Below, piece after piece: positions 19,363-29,394 of a DNA stretch of 64,000 nt. How positions within the stretch are numbered: position 1 is the stretch's first letter; every line of letters starts with the position of its first letter. The notes under the pieces are model-generated. The model was not told the DNA's origin and ran no database searches. It saw only the letters and a list, made by a program, of their open reading frames with translations. The stretch covers positions 31,388 through 95,387 of the forward strand of contig JAJTEN010000003.1 in assembly GCA_021298155.1 (NCBI GenBank), given 5' to 3'. The DNA comes from Sphingobacteriales bacterium. GTDB lineage: Bacteria > Bacteroidota > Bacteroidia > UKL13-3. The translations under genes and the position numbers were made by a program.

Positions 19363-20973
19363 TTAACTTTGGCTGAACTGGACAGCAGCTTTAACAAATT
19401 TTACGAAGAGTGGATGTGGATTGAGCACGGTGCTCTTATATTCTGGATGAAACTGAACCCCAATAAAGTATGGATGAGATTTTATTTCTACAATTTCTGC
19501 TAATTTAGTGTCTGGGTTTACACCTGTAATTTGCATACCATTGTCTTCAAATTGCTTGATATATGTATTATTAAATTCGAATCTGTGTCGGTGACGTTCA
19601 TTAATTTTTGATTTTTCATAAGCGGCATAGGCCTTACTTCCCTTGGATAACTCACAAACATATGAACCCAAACGCATGGTTCCCCCTTTTTTGGTTATAT
19701 TCTTTTGACCTTGCATTAAATCTATAACAGCATGTTTCGTTTTAGGATTCATTTCTGTGCTGTGTGCATCTTTCCAACCAATTACATGTCGCGCAAATTC
19801 AATAACCGCCATTTGCATCCCCAAACATATACCAAAAAATGGCACATCATTTTCTCGGGCATATTTAATGGCTGTAATTTTTCCCTCGATGCCTCTATCC
19901 CCAAATCCTGGGGCAACTAAAATCCCGTCTAAATCACCCAGTTTTTGAGCCACATTATCATCTGCAATCAACTCGCTGTGAATATATTGCACTCGAACAC
20001 GTGCTTCATTAAATGCGCCAGCATGAATAAATGCTTCAATAATCGACTTATAAGCATCAGGAAGTTCAATGTATTTACCAATTAATCCAATTCTTACCTC
20101 ATGTTTTGGATTTTTATGTCGGGTTAAAAAGGACTTCCAACTTTCCAAATCTGGTTCATTTTTGGCACTTAATTTCAGTTTAGACAATACCGTTTTATCT
20201 AATTTCTCCTTCAACATCATTAAAGGAACATCATAAATAGTGGGAACATCTAAGGCTTCTATCACAGAATTAACATCTACATTACAAAACAGAGCAATTT
20301 TTTTACGCATTTCTTTCGAAATAGCGTGTTCGGTTCTGCAAACTAATACATCTGGTTGAACACCACTCTCCAATAATAGCTTAACACTATGCTGGGTAGG
20401 TTTCGTTTTTAATTCGTGTGTAGAACTTAAATATGGCAATAAAGTAAGGTGCACCACCAAGGCATCCTCGTCTTTTAGCTCCCAAAGCAACTGTCTAACA
20501 GATTCCACGTAAGGTAGCGATTCAATATCACCAACAGTGCCGCCAATTTCAGTAATAATTATTTCATAATTACCCGTTTCACCCAATAATTTTATTCTTC
20601 TTTTGATTTCATCTGTGATATGAGGGATCACCTGAACCGTTTTACCCAGAAATGCCCCTTCACGTTCTTTATTAATGACATGCTGATAAATTCTACCTGT
20701 AGTTACATTATTGGCTTGTGAGGTGGGTGTATTTAAGAATCTCTCATAATGACCCAAATCTAAATCTGTTTCGGCGCCATCTTCTGTAACATAACACTCA
20801 CCATGCTCATACGGGTTTAAGGTGCCTGGATCCACATTTATATAGGGATCTAATTTTTGAATGGTAACTGTGTAACCTCTTGCTTGCAACAACTTAGCAA
20901 GAGATGCGGCGATAATTCCTTTGCCCAAAGACGAAGTTACTCCGCCTGTAACGAATATATATTTTGGTGTCAT
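19363..20973 (-). CDS. pyrG: CTP synthase
   Basis: MTPKYIFVTGGVTSSLGKGI N-terminus, GATase catalytic GICLGMQ, HPEY; 536 aa. Confidence 0.95.
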   Translation of the reverse strand: MTPKYIFVTGGVTSSLGKGIIAASLAKLLQARGYTVTIQKLDPYINVDPGTLNPYEHGECYVTEDGAETDLDLGHYERFLNTPTSQANNVTTGRIYQHVINKEREGAFLGKTVQVIPHITDEIKRRIKLLGETGNYEIIITEIGGTVGDIESLPYVESVRQLLWELKDEDALVVHLTLLPYLSSTHELKTKPTQHSVKLLLESGVQPDVLVCRTEHAISKEMRKKIALFCNVDVNSVIEALDVPTIYDVPLMMLKEKLDKTVLSKLKLSAKNEPDLESWKSFLTRHKNPKHEVRIGLIGKYIELPDAYKSIIEAFIHAGAFNEARVRVQYIHSELIADDNVAQKLGDLDGILVAPGFGDRGIEGKITAIKYARENDVPFFGICLGMQMAVIEFARHVIGWKDAHSTEMNPKTKHAVIDLMQGQKNITKKGGTMRLGSYVCELSKGSKAYAAYEKSKINERHRHRFEFNNTYIKQFEDNGMQITGVNPDTKLAEIVEIKSHPYFIGVQFHPEYKSTVLNPHPLFVKFVKAAVQFSQS

Positions 20974-21035
20974 AATTTACTTGGTTTGAAAACACCAAAA
21001 CGGATTAAATGCGCTAAAAAAACTGCTTTAATAAA

Positions 21036-21068
21036 CCCGTAATTGTGTACTTACGGGATACAAAAATA
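21036..21068 (-). promoter_or_regulatory. candidate pyrG promoter -7 box (TATTTTTG) followed immediately by a leader hairpin
   Basis: Minus strand reads TATTTTTG-tat-CCCGTAA-gtacacaa-TTACGGG-TTTATTAAAGCAGTTTTTTT, about 60-95 nt upstream of the pyrG ATG. Confidence 0.35.
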
Positions 21069-21087
21069 GTTTAGATTGAGGAACACA

Positions 21088-21138
21088 CAAAAAAGAAGCC
21101 GGCTTTGTTTTCAATAAGTTGTTAACAAAGTCGGCTTC
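21088..21138 (-). terminator. Rho-independent terminator after the E2 acyltransferase gene
   Basis: Minus strand: GAAGCCGACTTTGTT-loop-AACAAAGCCGGCTTC (15-bp stem, one mismatch) followed by TTTTTTGTGTG. Confidence 0.65.
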
Positions 21139-21158
21139 AAAATTGGATGAGATAAAAA

Positions 21159-22475
21159 TTATATTTCTCTGTTTACATCCCACTGCTCCATGTAATCTGC
21201 TACGCGCTTCAAGAAACTACCTCCCAAAGAACCGTCAACCACGCGGTGATCGTAACTTAAACTTAAAAACATCATGTGGCGAATAGCAATTACATCTCCC
21301 ATTGGCGTTTCTAATACGGCTGGTTTTTTCTTAATTGAACCAGTTGCCATAATAGCTACTTGGGGCTGATTAATAATTGGCGTTCCCATTACATTACCAA
21401 ATCCACCTACATTGGTTAAAGTAAAAGTACCACCCTGAATATCATCTGGTGCTAATTTATTTGCTCTGGCTCTGTTCGCCAAATCATTTACAGATTTTGT
21501 TAACCCTAAAAGGTTCATACCATCCGCGCTTTTAATAACAGGCACTATCAAATTTCCGGTTGGTAAAGCCGCTGCCATACCAATATTGATATTTTTCCTT
21601 TTGATAATATTATTGCCATCTACTGAAACATTGATCATAGGAAAATCTTTGATTGCCTTGGCAACGCATTCAATAAACATTGGGGTAAATGTAATTTTCT
21701 CACCTTCCCTTTTCTCGTAAACCTTTTTGGCTTTATCTCTCCACACCACCATATTGGTAACATCTGCTTCTACGAAAGAGGTAACATGCGGACTAGTATG
21801 CTTGCTCATAACCATATGATCAGCAATTAATTTACGCATTCTATCCATTTCAATTATTTCATCACCACCAGATAAGCTAACAGGTGGACGAGGAGGAACA
21901 GAAGCACTAACTACTGGTTTTGGAGTTGATGCAGGGGAAATGCTTGTTGTTTGAGGAGCAGAAGGGGTTACATTGCCTTTATTTTGAACAAAAGCAAGAA
22001 TATCCCTTTTCGTTACTCTACCCTCAGCACCCGTTCCTGCGATAGTTTCTAGCACAGCCATGCTGATATTCTCAGCTTTAGCAATATTTAAAACCAAGGG
22101 AGAATAAAATCTATTTCCTGGAGCTGGAGTTATTGTTTCTTGCGTTTGTTGAATAGTCTTTTCTGTCTGCTCCACAGCTTGCTTAATTTCGGCAGGTATG
22201 GCACTTGAAACAGGAGCTGATGCGGCGGCTGATCCTTCTAGTGAAATTATCGCAATTGGCGCATTTACAGGAACAACATCACCTTCATTAAACAAGCGCT
22301 TAATTAACTTACCTGCTTTTGGAGAAGGAACTTCAGAATCAACTTTATCGGTAGCAATTTCCAATACAGTTTCATCTACTGAAATAGAATCACCTTCGTT
22401 TTTTGTCCAACGAATAATGGTTGCTTCTGCTATACTCTCGCCCATTTTGGGCATTACCAACTGAAATTCAGACAT
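21159..22475 (-). CDS. 2-oxoacid dehydrogenase complex E2 component (dihydrolipoyllysine-residue acyl/succinyltransferase)
   Basis: Single lipoyl domain (VLEIATDKVDSEVPSP), Ala/Pro-rich linkers, peripheral subunit-binding domain (SPLVLNIAKAENI), catalytic SYDHRVVDG. No E1 or E3 gene in the window, so the complex cannot be assigned. Confidence 0.85.
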   Translation of the reverse strand: MSEFQLVMPKMGESIAEATIIRWTKNEGDSISVDETVLEIATDKVDSEVPSPKAGKLIKRLFNEGDVVPVNAPIAIISLEGSAAASAPVSSAIPAEIKQAVEQTEKTIQQTQETITPAPGNRFYSPLVLNIAKAENISMAVLETIAGTGAEGRVTKRDILAFVQNKGNVTPSAPQTTSISPASTPKPVVSASVPPRPPVSLSGGDEIIEMDRMRKLIADHMVMSKHTSPHVTSFVEADVTNMVVWRDKAKKVYEKREGEKITFTPMFIECVAKAIKDFPMINVSVDGNNIIKRKNINIGMAAALPTGNLIVPVIKSADGMNLLGLTKSVNDLANRARANKLAPDDIQGGTFTLTNVGGFGNVMGTPIINQPQVAIMATGSIKKKPAVLETPMGDVIAIRHMMFLSLSYDHRVVDGSLGGSFLKRVADYMEQWDVNREI

Positions 22476-22608
22476 ACATTAATAATTTTGGGATAATTAT
22501 AATACCAAGCAATATTTTCAGCAAACCAAAAAATTGCTCGATTTAGCGGCAAATTTATTTTAAAAAACCAAATGACAAAACTTTTGTATGCGAATGAATC
22601 GGAACAGC

Positions 22609-24495
22609 CTATTTTTCAAGGGTTGACCATTCAAGTTGCAAATCAACCAGTTTACGGTAAATACCTTTATCTTTTTGCATGAGTGCTTCATGCGTACCTA
22701 CCTCTTTTACAGCACCTTGATCTATCACAATGATTTTATCTGCATTTCTTACAGTGGAGAGTCGGTGAGCAATTACAATACTTGTGCGATTTTTCATTAA
22801 ATTATCCAATGCATCTTGAACCAACTGTTCGCTCTCACTATCCAAAGAACTCGTAGCTTCATCAAGTAATAAAACAGCCGGATTTTTTAAAATGGCTCTA
22901 GCAATAGCTATTCTTTGCCTTTGGCCACCGCTCAATTTTAAACCTCTTTCACCCACAATAGTTTGATATGCCTCTGGAAATCTGGAAATAAACTCGTGTG
23001 CATTCGCTTGTTTGGCTGCATCCACAATTTGTTCCTGTGTAGCCAATGGATTTCCGTAGCTGATATTTTCTAAAATGGTTCCTCCAAATAAAATTACATC
23101 TTGAGGCACAAAAGCAATTTGCCTGCGCAATTCTGTTAATTCAATATCTCTACTATTTACTTGGTCAAAAATAATGTTACCCTGAGTAGGTTCATAAAAC
23201 TTTAACAACAAAGAAGCGATTGTACTTTTTCCGGCTCCACTCGGACCAACAAGGGCGATTTGCTCACCACTTTTTACCTCTAAAGACAAATTGTGCAATA
23301 CCATCACATCCTTACGCGATGGATAATAAAAAGATACATTCTCAAATTTCAGATTCCCTGATATAGTATGCTTAATCGGAATTTGTTGATCCTTTAATTC
23401 AACAGATTCTATGGGCTCGCGCAACAACTCGCGCACCCGTTGTGTAGCACCTAAGGTTTTTTGTAATTGAGAAAACATATCTGCAAACCCTGCGAAAGTT
23501 CCGCCAACAAAGGCAGAAAAAATAACAAACATGGTTAAATCACCTGTACTCAATGCGCCACTACTAATCATTCCAGCACCATACCACATAACAAAAGAAA
23601 TTGCCCCAAACACACTAAATATCATAAAACTTACAAAAGCCCCCCGATATCTTGCATTGCTAATCGCTGTTTCTACCACACTAAAAATACTTTTCCTATA
23701 TCTGTTTAATTCATGCGGCTCACTTGTAAATGACTTCACAATTGAAATACCAGAAAAGGTTTCTTGCACTATGGTTCCGCTCTCGGCAAGCTGATCTTGC
23801 GCTTTTCTAGACATATTTCGAATGCGAACGCCAAAAACTACTGCTACAATTGCAATAAGTGGCACAACAGACAACATCACCAAAGCCAGTTCGCTGCTGA
23901 TCCAAAAAATAAAACTTAAACCAATAATTAAGGTAAATATTCCTCGCAAAAACTCGGCTAAGGTAAAAGAAATAGCATCTTGTATTTGAGATAGGTCTGA
24001 ACTAATTCGATTACTTAAATCGCCTACCCTATTATTGCTGTAAAAACTCATAGGCATGCTTAATAACCTGGCATACAAATCTATCCGAATATTTGCTAAA
24101 GACTTTTCACCCACTTCGGTTAATAAATATATCCGCATAAAAGAAAAAACAGTTTGAGCCGAAAGTTGAAGAAAGATGAGCAGAAGTATGGTATTTAAGC
24201 TCCATTGCACCGATTTCAAATTTAAACCAAAATTGTTTGTAGCTAGGCTTGGAGTTGCAGACTCTATTGCGGCTCCCGGCGAAGCAGCATCAATCATCTT
24301 ACCCAGTAAAAATGGAAAAATCATTGTGCTCAATGCAGACAATGCAATAAATAGTAAACTTAAAATAAATTTTGTTCGAAAGGGCTTAATATAAGCGAAT
24401 AAGGATAATGCTTCTGCGATTGTCTCTTTATTGATTTTAGCCTTTGCCGGTTCTTGTGATAAATTACCGTTGCTATTAAAACTTTTTCTTGCCAT
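22609..24495 (-). CDS. ABC transporter permease/ATP-binding fusion (type I exporter, MsbA-like)
   Basis: Six-helix TMD followed by an NBD with GPSGAGKST, LSGGQRQRIAIARA and LLLDEATSSLD. ATG at 24495 (MARKSFNSNG) preferred over the track's start at 24582. Confidence 0.85.
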   Translation of the reverse strand: MARKSFNSNGNLSQEPAKAKINKETIAEALSLFAYIKPFRTKFILSLLFIALSALSTMIFPFLLGKMIDAASPGAAIESATPSLATNNFGLNLKSVQWSLNTILLLIFLQLSAQTVFSFMRIYLLTEVGEKSLANIRIDLYARLLSMPMSFYSNNRVGDLSNRISSDLSQIQDAISFTLAEFLRGIFTLIIGLSFIFWISSELALVMLSVVPLIAIVAVVFGVRIRNMSRKAQDQLAESGTIVQETFSGISIVKSFTSEPHELNRYRKSIFSVVETAISNARYRGAFVSFMIFSVFGAISFVMWYGAGMISSGALSTGDLTMFVIFSAFVGGTFAGFADMFSQLQKTLGATQRVRELLREPIESVELKDQQIPIKHTISGNLKFENVSFYYPSRKDVMVLHNLSLEVKSGEQIALVGPSGAGKSTIASLLLKFYEPTQGNIIFDQVNSRDIELTELRRQIAFVPQDVILFGGTILENISYGNPLATQEQIVDAAKQANAHEFISRFPEAYQTIVGERGLKLSGGQRQRIAIARAILKNPAVLLLDEATSSLDSESEQLVQDALDNLMKNRTSIVIAHRLSTVRNADKIIVIDQGAVKEVGTHEALMQKDKGIYRKLVDLQLEWSTLEK

Positions 24496-24679
24496 AATAT
24501 GCGAACAAATATAGGTAAAACTAACAGTTAAAAGATGTTGTAATAAACGTGTAAAAAGAGCATGAATTAGACCAAAAACCATAAAGACCTCGTTAACAGA
24601 AATGCAATTCGACTAACAGGCTGTATATTATAACCGAGAATACCTTCTTAGATTGATTAAATTTTCTTAAAATTGTAAG

Positions 24680-25936
24680 ATGAATAAAATAATATTGTGT
24701 TGCATTGGTATTTTGTTGCTTATCCAATTAGAAGCAGCACCCTATGAAAATAAAATTTTCGATGCAAAGGTTCAAACTATTTTGTTTAGTAAAGCCGGAA
24801 CAGAAGATAGATACCCCATTATTTCTTTGAATAGCCCCGAAATATTGAAGTTGAGCTTTGATATACTTGGCGCACAATCAGAAAACCTACAATATTCACT
24901 GGTACATTGTGATGCCAACTGGAATCCAACACCATTAAATCAAAATGAATATTTAAATGGGATGACCTTTGACAATATTCAGGACTTTAAATTTGCTACA
25001 AATACCTATGTAAAATATGTGCATTACAATATTTTACTGCCAAACGAAAACATGAAACCAAGAATTTCTGGCAATTATATAGTAAAAGTGTATCGCAATT
25101 TTGATGAGGAAGACTTACTATTTACTAGGCGAATGATGGTGTTAAATAATGCAACAACTATAGAAGGCCTTGCTCGCCCGGCTACATTAGCCGAACACAG
25201 ATATACCAAACAAGAGCTTCAATTTACAGTTGGCATAAACCCAAGTATGGTTGTAAATCCTTTACAAGATGTTTCTATTGTGCTGATGCAAAATAGCAGG
25301 TGGGACAATGCCATAACAGGATTAAAACCTCAATTTATGGCTAACAATAAATTAGAGTATAATTATTTAGACCAAACGCTCTTTAATGGGGGTAATGAGT
25401 TTAGATTTTTTGACATTAGACAATTGCGTCAATTTTCGGCCAATGTTCGAAGCAAAAGAACCGATTCTGTGGTACATGTAATCTTGAATTTAGATGAAAG
25501 CAGAGGGGCTATGCAATATTTTAATTATCTCGACTACAATGGTAAACGCTTAGTTCAAAATAAAGAAGGCAATAATAGCGAAATTGATGGCGACTATGCC
25601 TATGTTAACTTTTACCTTTCGTCTGTTATGGGCGTTCCTCCTGATGCCGAGGTTTATGTATTTGGTGAATTTACAGATTGGCGATTAATGCCGGAGTACA
25701 AAATGTATTTTAATAAAAATAGACAAAGATATGACTTGGAAGTTCCGCTTAAACAAGGCAGATACGAGTATTGTTATGCAATAAAAAACGACCAAGGAAA
25801 ACCTGATGAAAGCGTCTTAGAAGGCAATCATTTTCAAACAGAAAATGAATATCTGGTATTAGTATATGCAAAAAACCTTCAATACCATTATGATGAATTA
25901 ATTGGCGCACGAAAATTCTCAACACAAACGCAATAA
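24680..25936 (+). CDS. secreted DUF5103-like protein (family of the type IX secretion translocon 'plug' protein)
   Basis: Signal peptide MNKIILCCIGILLLIQLEA. The N-terminal region (VQTILFSKAGTEDRYPIISLNSPEILKLSFD...LQYSLVHCDANWNPT) resembles what I recall of DUF5103. Recognition is from memory only. Confidence 0.4.
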   Translation: MNKIILCCIGILLLIQLEAAPYENKIFDAKVQTILFSKAGTEDRYPIISLNSPEILKLSFDILGAQSENLQYSLVHCDANWNPTPLNQNEYLNGMTFDNIQDFKFATNTYVKYVHYNILLPNENMKPRISGNYIVKVYRNFDEEDLLFTRRMMVLNNATTIEGLARPATLAEHRYTKQELQFTVGINPSMVVNPLQDVSIVLMQNSRWDNAITGLKPQFMANNKLEYNYLDQTLFNGGNEFRFFDIRQLRQFSANVRSKRTDSVVHVILNLDESRGAMQYFNYLDYNGKRLVQNKEGNNSEIDGDYAYVNFYLSSVMGVPPDAEVYVFGEFTDWRLMPEYKMYFNKNRQRYDLEVPLKQGRYEYCYAIKNDQGKPDESVLEGNHFQTENEYLVLVYAKNLQYHYDELIGARKFSTQTQ

Positions 25937-26010
25937 AATCAATTACTTGCACCAAATTTCACTCAAAATAAACTTTCAATAATTTATACACAAGTAAAGA
26001 TAGATTTCTG

Positions 26011-26018
26011 TATTTTTG
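26011..26018 (+). promoter_or_regulatory. -7 promoter box (TATTTTTG) 10 nt upstream of the gatB ATG
   Basis: Exact TAnnTTTG match. Implies a very short leader. Confidence 0.35.
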
Positions 26019-26027
26019 CAAATCATC

Positions 26028-27497
26028 ATGAAGACAGAAAATATAGACATCGATTTCGAAAAATATGAAACAGTAATTGGTTTAGAGGTACATGCCCAGT
26101 TACTCACACACACGAAGGCTTATTGTGCCGACCCCTATTTTTACGGGTCTGAACCAAATACACAGATAAGTCCAATTAGCTTGGGTCACCCCGGAACACT
26201 TCCCAAACACAACAAACAAGTAATTATTAACGCCATTAAAATGGGATTGGCTTGTGAATCTGAAATTGCAAGGGACCAATATTATGCGCGTAAAAATTAC
26301 TTTTATGCAGATTTACCTAAGGGTTATCAAATCACCCAGGATAAAACACCCATTTGTACTGGAGGCTATATCGAGATCAAAACAAAAGATGGTGAACCCA
26401 AAAAGATCGGAATTACGCGCATTCACATGGAAGAAGATGCCGGAAAAAGCATGCACGATCAAGATGTATATGATAGCTTAATTGATTTAAATCGTGCAGG
26501 GGTGCCATTAATTGAAATTGTATCTGAACCAGAAATAAAAACTGGCGAAGAAGCCTATCAATACCTTACAGAAGTAAGAAAGTTAGTTAGGTATTTAGAC
26601 ATTTGTGATGGTAATATGGAAGAAGGAAGTTTGCGTTGTGATGCCAATATTTCTGTAATGCTTAAAGGTTCAAAGCAATTTGGAACCAAAATAGAAGTAA
26701 AAAATATGAATTCGATGCGAAATGTGCAAAGAGCCATAGATTACGAGGTAAAGAGACAAATAACTGCCTTAGAGAACGGTGAAACTTTATACATGGAAAC
26801 GAGAAATTTTGATGCCATGAAAGGCATTACACTCACCATGCGTAGCAAAGAAGGTGCAAGCGACTATCGATATTTCCCTGAGCCAGATTTACCTCCATTG
26901 CATATCAGCCAAGCGTTTATTGATTCTGTTAAAGCGCAGATGCCAGAATTACCAAAGGCATTATATCAAAAGTTTACCGAAACATTGGGACTTAGTGAAT
27001 ATGATGCCCAGGTGCTTACAGAAAATAAAGATTTGGCTGCTTATTTTGAAAACATATTAAAACATACCGGAAATACTAAAGCAGCCGCCAATTGGCTGAT
27101 GGTTAATATCAAAGGTTATTTAAATGATCAAGCTATTCATATCAATGATTTTGTATTGCAACCCGCAAAAATTGCAGAGATTATTTCACTCATTGATACA
27201 AATAAAATAAGTAATAGCGCTGCTTCCCAACGTTTATTTCCGGAGATGATTAAAGAACATCACAAATCTGCCCTTCAAATTGCAGAAGCTTTGAATTTAC
27301 TTCAAGAATCGGATGAAAATGAATTACAAAAATGGATTAACGAAGCCATACATAAATTTCCTGAAAAGGTTGCCGAATACAAATCTGGCAAACAGAGTTT
27401 ATTGGGTTTGTTTATGGGCGAAGTAATGAAAGCAAGCAAAGGCAAAGCCGACCCTAAATTTGCCACACAACTATTAAAAGAAACCTTAGAGAAATAG
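26028..27497 (+). CDS. gatB: Asp-tRNA(Asn)/Glu-tRNA(Gln) amidotransferase subunit B
   Basis: YETVIGLEVHAQL, RIHMEEDAGKS, GSLRCDANISV and the C-terminal YqeY-like tail. ATG at 26028 preferred over the TTG at 26016. Confidence 0.92.
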   Translation: MKTENIDIDFEKYETVIGLEVHAQLLTHTKAYCADPYFYGSEPNTQISPISLGHPGTLPKHNKQVIINAIKMGLACESEIARDQYYARKNYFYADLPKGYQITQDKTPICTGGYIEIKTKDGEPKKIGITRIHMEEDAGKSMHDQDVYDSLIDLNRAGVPLIEIVSEPEIKTGEEAYQYLTEVRKLVRYLDICDGNMEEGSLRCDANISVMLKGSKQFGTKIEVKNMNSMRNVQRAIDYEVKRQITALENGETLYMETRNFDAMKGITLTMRSKEGASDYRYFPEPDLPPLHISQAFIDSVKAQMPELPKALYQKFTETLGLSEYDAQVLTENKDLAAYFENILKHTGNTKAAANWLMVNIKGYLNDQAIHINDFVLQPAKIAEIISLIDTNKISNSAASQRLFPEMIKEHHKSALQIAEALNLLQESDENELQKWINEAIHKFPEKVAEYKSGKQSLLGLFMGEVMKASKGKADPKFATQLLKETLEK

Positions 27498-27509
27498 GAG
27501 AAATAACAC

Positions 27510-28634
27510 ATGAATTTTTTAAAAAAAGCTTTTTTAGGGCTGACCCTAATGGTATTTTTTGGAGCATGTAATTCCGATAAACCTGAGGAAATATCAGGAT
27601 TTTTGGTGAGCGGAACACTTACTAATGCAAAAGATATTAAGCAAGTAAGCATTCAAGAATTAACGGCAAGCGGACTTATTCTGTTAGATACTGCAGCAGT
27701 AGATGCGAGTGGGAAATTCACTTTAAATGGAAAGCTAAATGAAAAAACATTTTGTATCCTTCGATTTCAAAAAGGAGATATTGTTCTATTGGTTGACTCT
27801 AACAGTAGGTTGAATTTGAAAATTGATGCGGGAAAAATTGAAAATTATACAGTTGAAAATTCTCCAGAAAACCAAGAACTGAAAGATCTATTTTTGTTGA
27901 ATAATTCATTTATGGCTAAAAGCCAATCCATAAACCAGCGATTTTCACAATACAATTCAGAAAATATTACGCCTGCTATTGAAATAGCGATTAAACAAGC
28001 TTTCGACAGTTTACAAAATAATCACCAATCTGCGGTAAAAGATTTTGTAGTAAAATCTACCAATACATTAGTACCCTATTTTGCTGCTAACTTTTTGTTA
28101 CCAGAGGCTGATGCAGCATATTTAACACAATTAGACAATGCCTTATATCCTAAATTTAGTAAATCAAAATATGCCATTCAACTGCACCAAAAAATTGAAC
28201 GCTTAAACAAAACAGCAGAAGGCGCCTACGCTCCTGATATTGTATTGAATGACCCATTTGGTAAAAAAGTTTCATTATCTGAATTGCGAGGTAAAATTGT
28301 ATTAGTAGATTTTTGGGCAAGTTGGTGCGGCCCTTGCCGAATGGAAAATCCTAAAAATGTTAGCTTATACAACAAATATAAAAAGGCTGGTTTTGAAATT
28401 TTTGGGGTTAGTTTAGATGATAACCGAGATGCATGGATTGCAGCAATCAATAAAGATAAATTGCTTTGGCCACATGGTTCAGACCTCTTAAAATGGAACT
28501 CAGCTGTAGTATCATTGTATAATATTAGCGCCATTCCCTATACTGTATTGGTTGATAAAGAAGGTAAAATTATTGCCAAAGAATTACGTGGAACTAATTT
28601 AGAAATCAAATTAAAGGAAGTATTTGGATTCTAG
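27510..28634 (+). CDS. TlpA-family thiol:disulfide oxidoreductase lipoprotein (N-terminal DUF4369-like + thioredoxin domain)
   Basis: Lipobox MVFFGAC and a thioredoxin-fold active site WASWCGPC in the C-terminal domain. Confidence 0.8.
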   Translation: MNFLKKAFLGLTLMVFFGACNSDKPEEISGFLVSGTLTNAKDIKQVSIQELTASGLILLDTAAVDASGKFTLNGKLNEKTFCILRFQKGDIVLLVDSNSRLNLKIDAGKIENYTVENSPENQELKDLFLLNNSFMAKSQSINQRFSQYNSENITPAIEIAIKQAFDSLQNNHQSAVKDFVVKSTNTLVPYFAANFLLPEADAAYLTQLDNALYPKFSKSKYAIQLHQKIERLNKTAEGAYAPDIVLNDPFGKKVSLSELRGKIVLVDFWASWCGPCRMENPKNVSLYNKYKKAGFEIFGVSLDDNRDAWIAAINKDKLLWPHGSDLLKWNSAVVSLYNISAIPYTVLVDKEGKIIAKELRGTNLEIKLKEVFGF

Positions 28635-28716
28635 GTTCAAACAGATTAACAATTAGATAACAATAAGGAAACATTTGCATAAGCCCAAAGTCGGAATATT
28701 ACCTAAAAATTAAGAG

Positions 28717-29394
28717 ATGGAAAACATAGGCAAAATATTAGTGGTAGACGATGAGGCAGATATTTTAGAGTTTATATCCTACAATCTTAAAAAAGAGGGA
28801 TATGAAGTTTTCACCGCAGCAAACGGGAAAGAAGCATTACCTATTGCAAAAAAAATAAAACCAGATTTGATTTTGTTGGATGTGATGATGCCTGTAATGG
28901 ATGGCATTGAAACCTGCAAAAGAATTAAATCTGACAGCGATTTTGATCAGACTTATGTGGTATTCTTAACAGCGCGATCAGAAGATTATTCTGAGATTGA
29001 AGGATTAGATGCTGGCGCAGATGATTATATTGCAAAGCCCATTAAACCAAAGGTATTAGTTACCCGTTTAAACGCTATTCTAAGGAGAAAAATTAAAGAA
29101 CTTGCGGCTCCTTCCATAAAAGTAAAAGATTTACTAATAGATCGTGAATCATTTTTAATATACCGTGGAGATCAAAAAATTCAATTGGCGAGAAAAGAAT
29201 TTGAATTATTGTTTTTATTGGCTTCAAAACCAGGAAAAGTATTTACCAGAGAAAATATTCTAGAGAAAGTATGGGGTGATGAAGTATTGGTGGTTGATAG
29301 AACCATTGATGTACATATACGTAAAATTCGTGAAAAATTAGGCGATGAGTATATTGGCACTGTAAAAGGTGTTGGATACAAATTTGAAATATGA
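28717..29394 (+). CDS. OmpR/PhoB-family response regulator
   Basis: Receiver domain (ILVVDDE...LILLDVMMP...K) plus a winged-helix output (RTIDVHIRKIREKL...TVKGVGYKF). Confidence 0.9.
   Translation: MENIGKILVVDDEADILEFISYNLKKEGYEVFTAANGKEALPIAKKIKPDLILLDVMMPVMDGIETCKRIKSDSDFDQTYVVFLTARSEDYSEIEGLDAGADDYIAKPIKPKVLVTRLNAILRRKIKELAAPSIKVKDLLIDRESFLIYRGDQKIQLARKEFELLFLLASKPGKVFTRENILEKVWGDEVLVVDRTIDVHIRKIREKLGDEYIGTVKGVGYKFEI

Noticed and set aside
24496-24582. Extended N-termini proposed by the ORF track for the ABC exporter (24582), cold-shock protein (48344), tyrS (11788), gatB (26016), pyrC (14229) and the SDR (5325)
   Set aside because: In each case a downstream in-frame ATG gives an N-terminus that matches the family's usual start. 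The extensions are non-homologous or overlap terminators or promoters.
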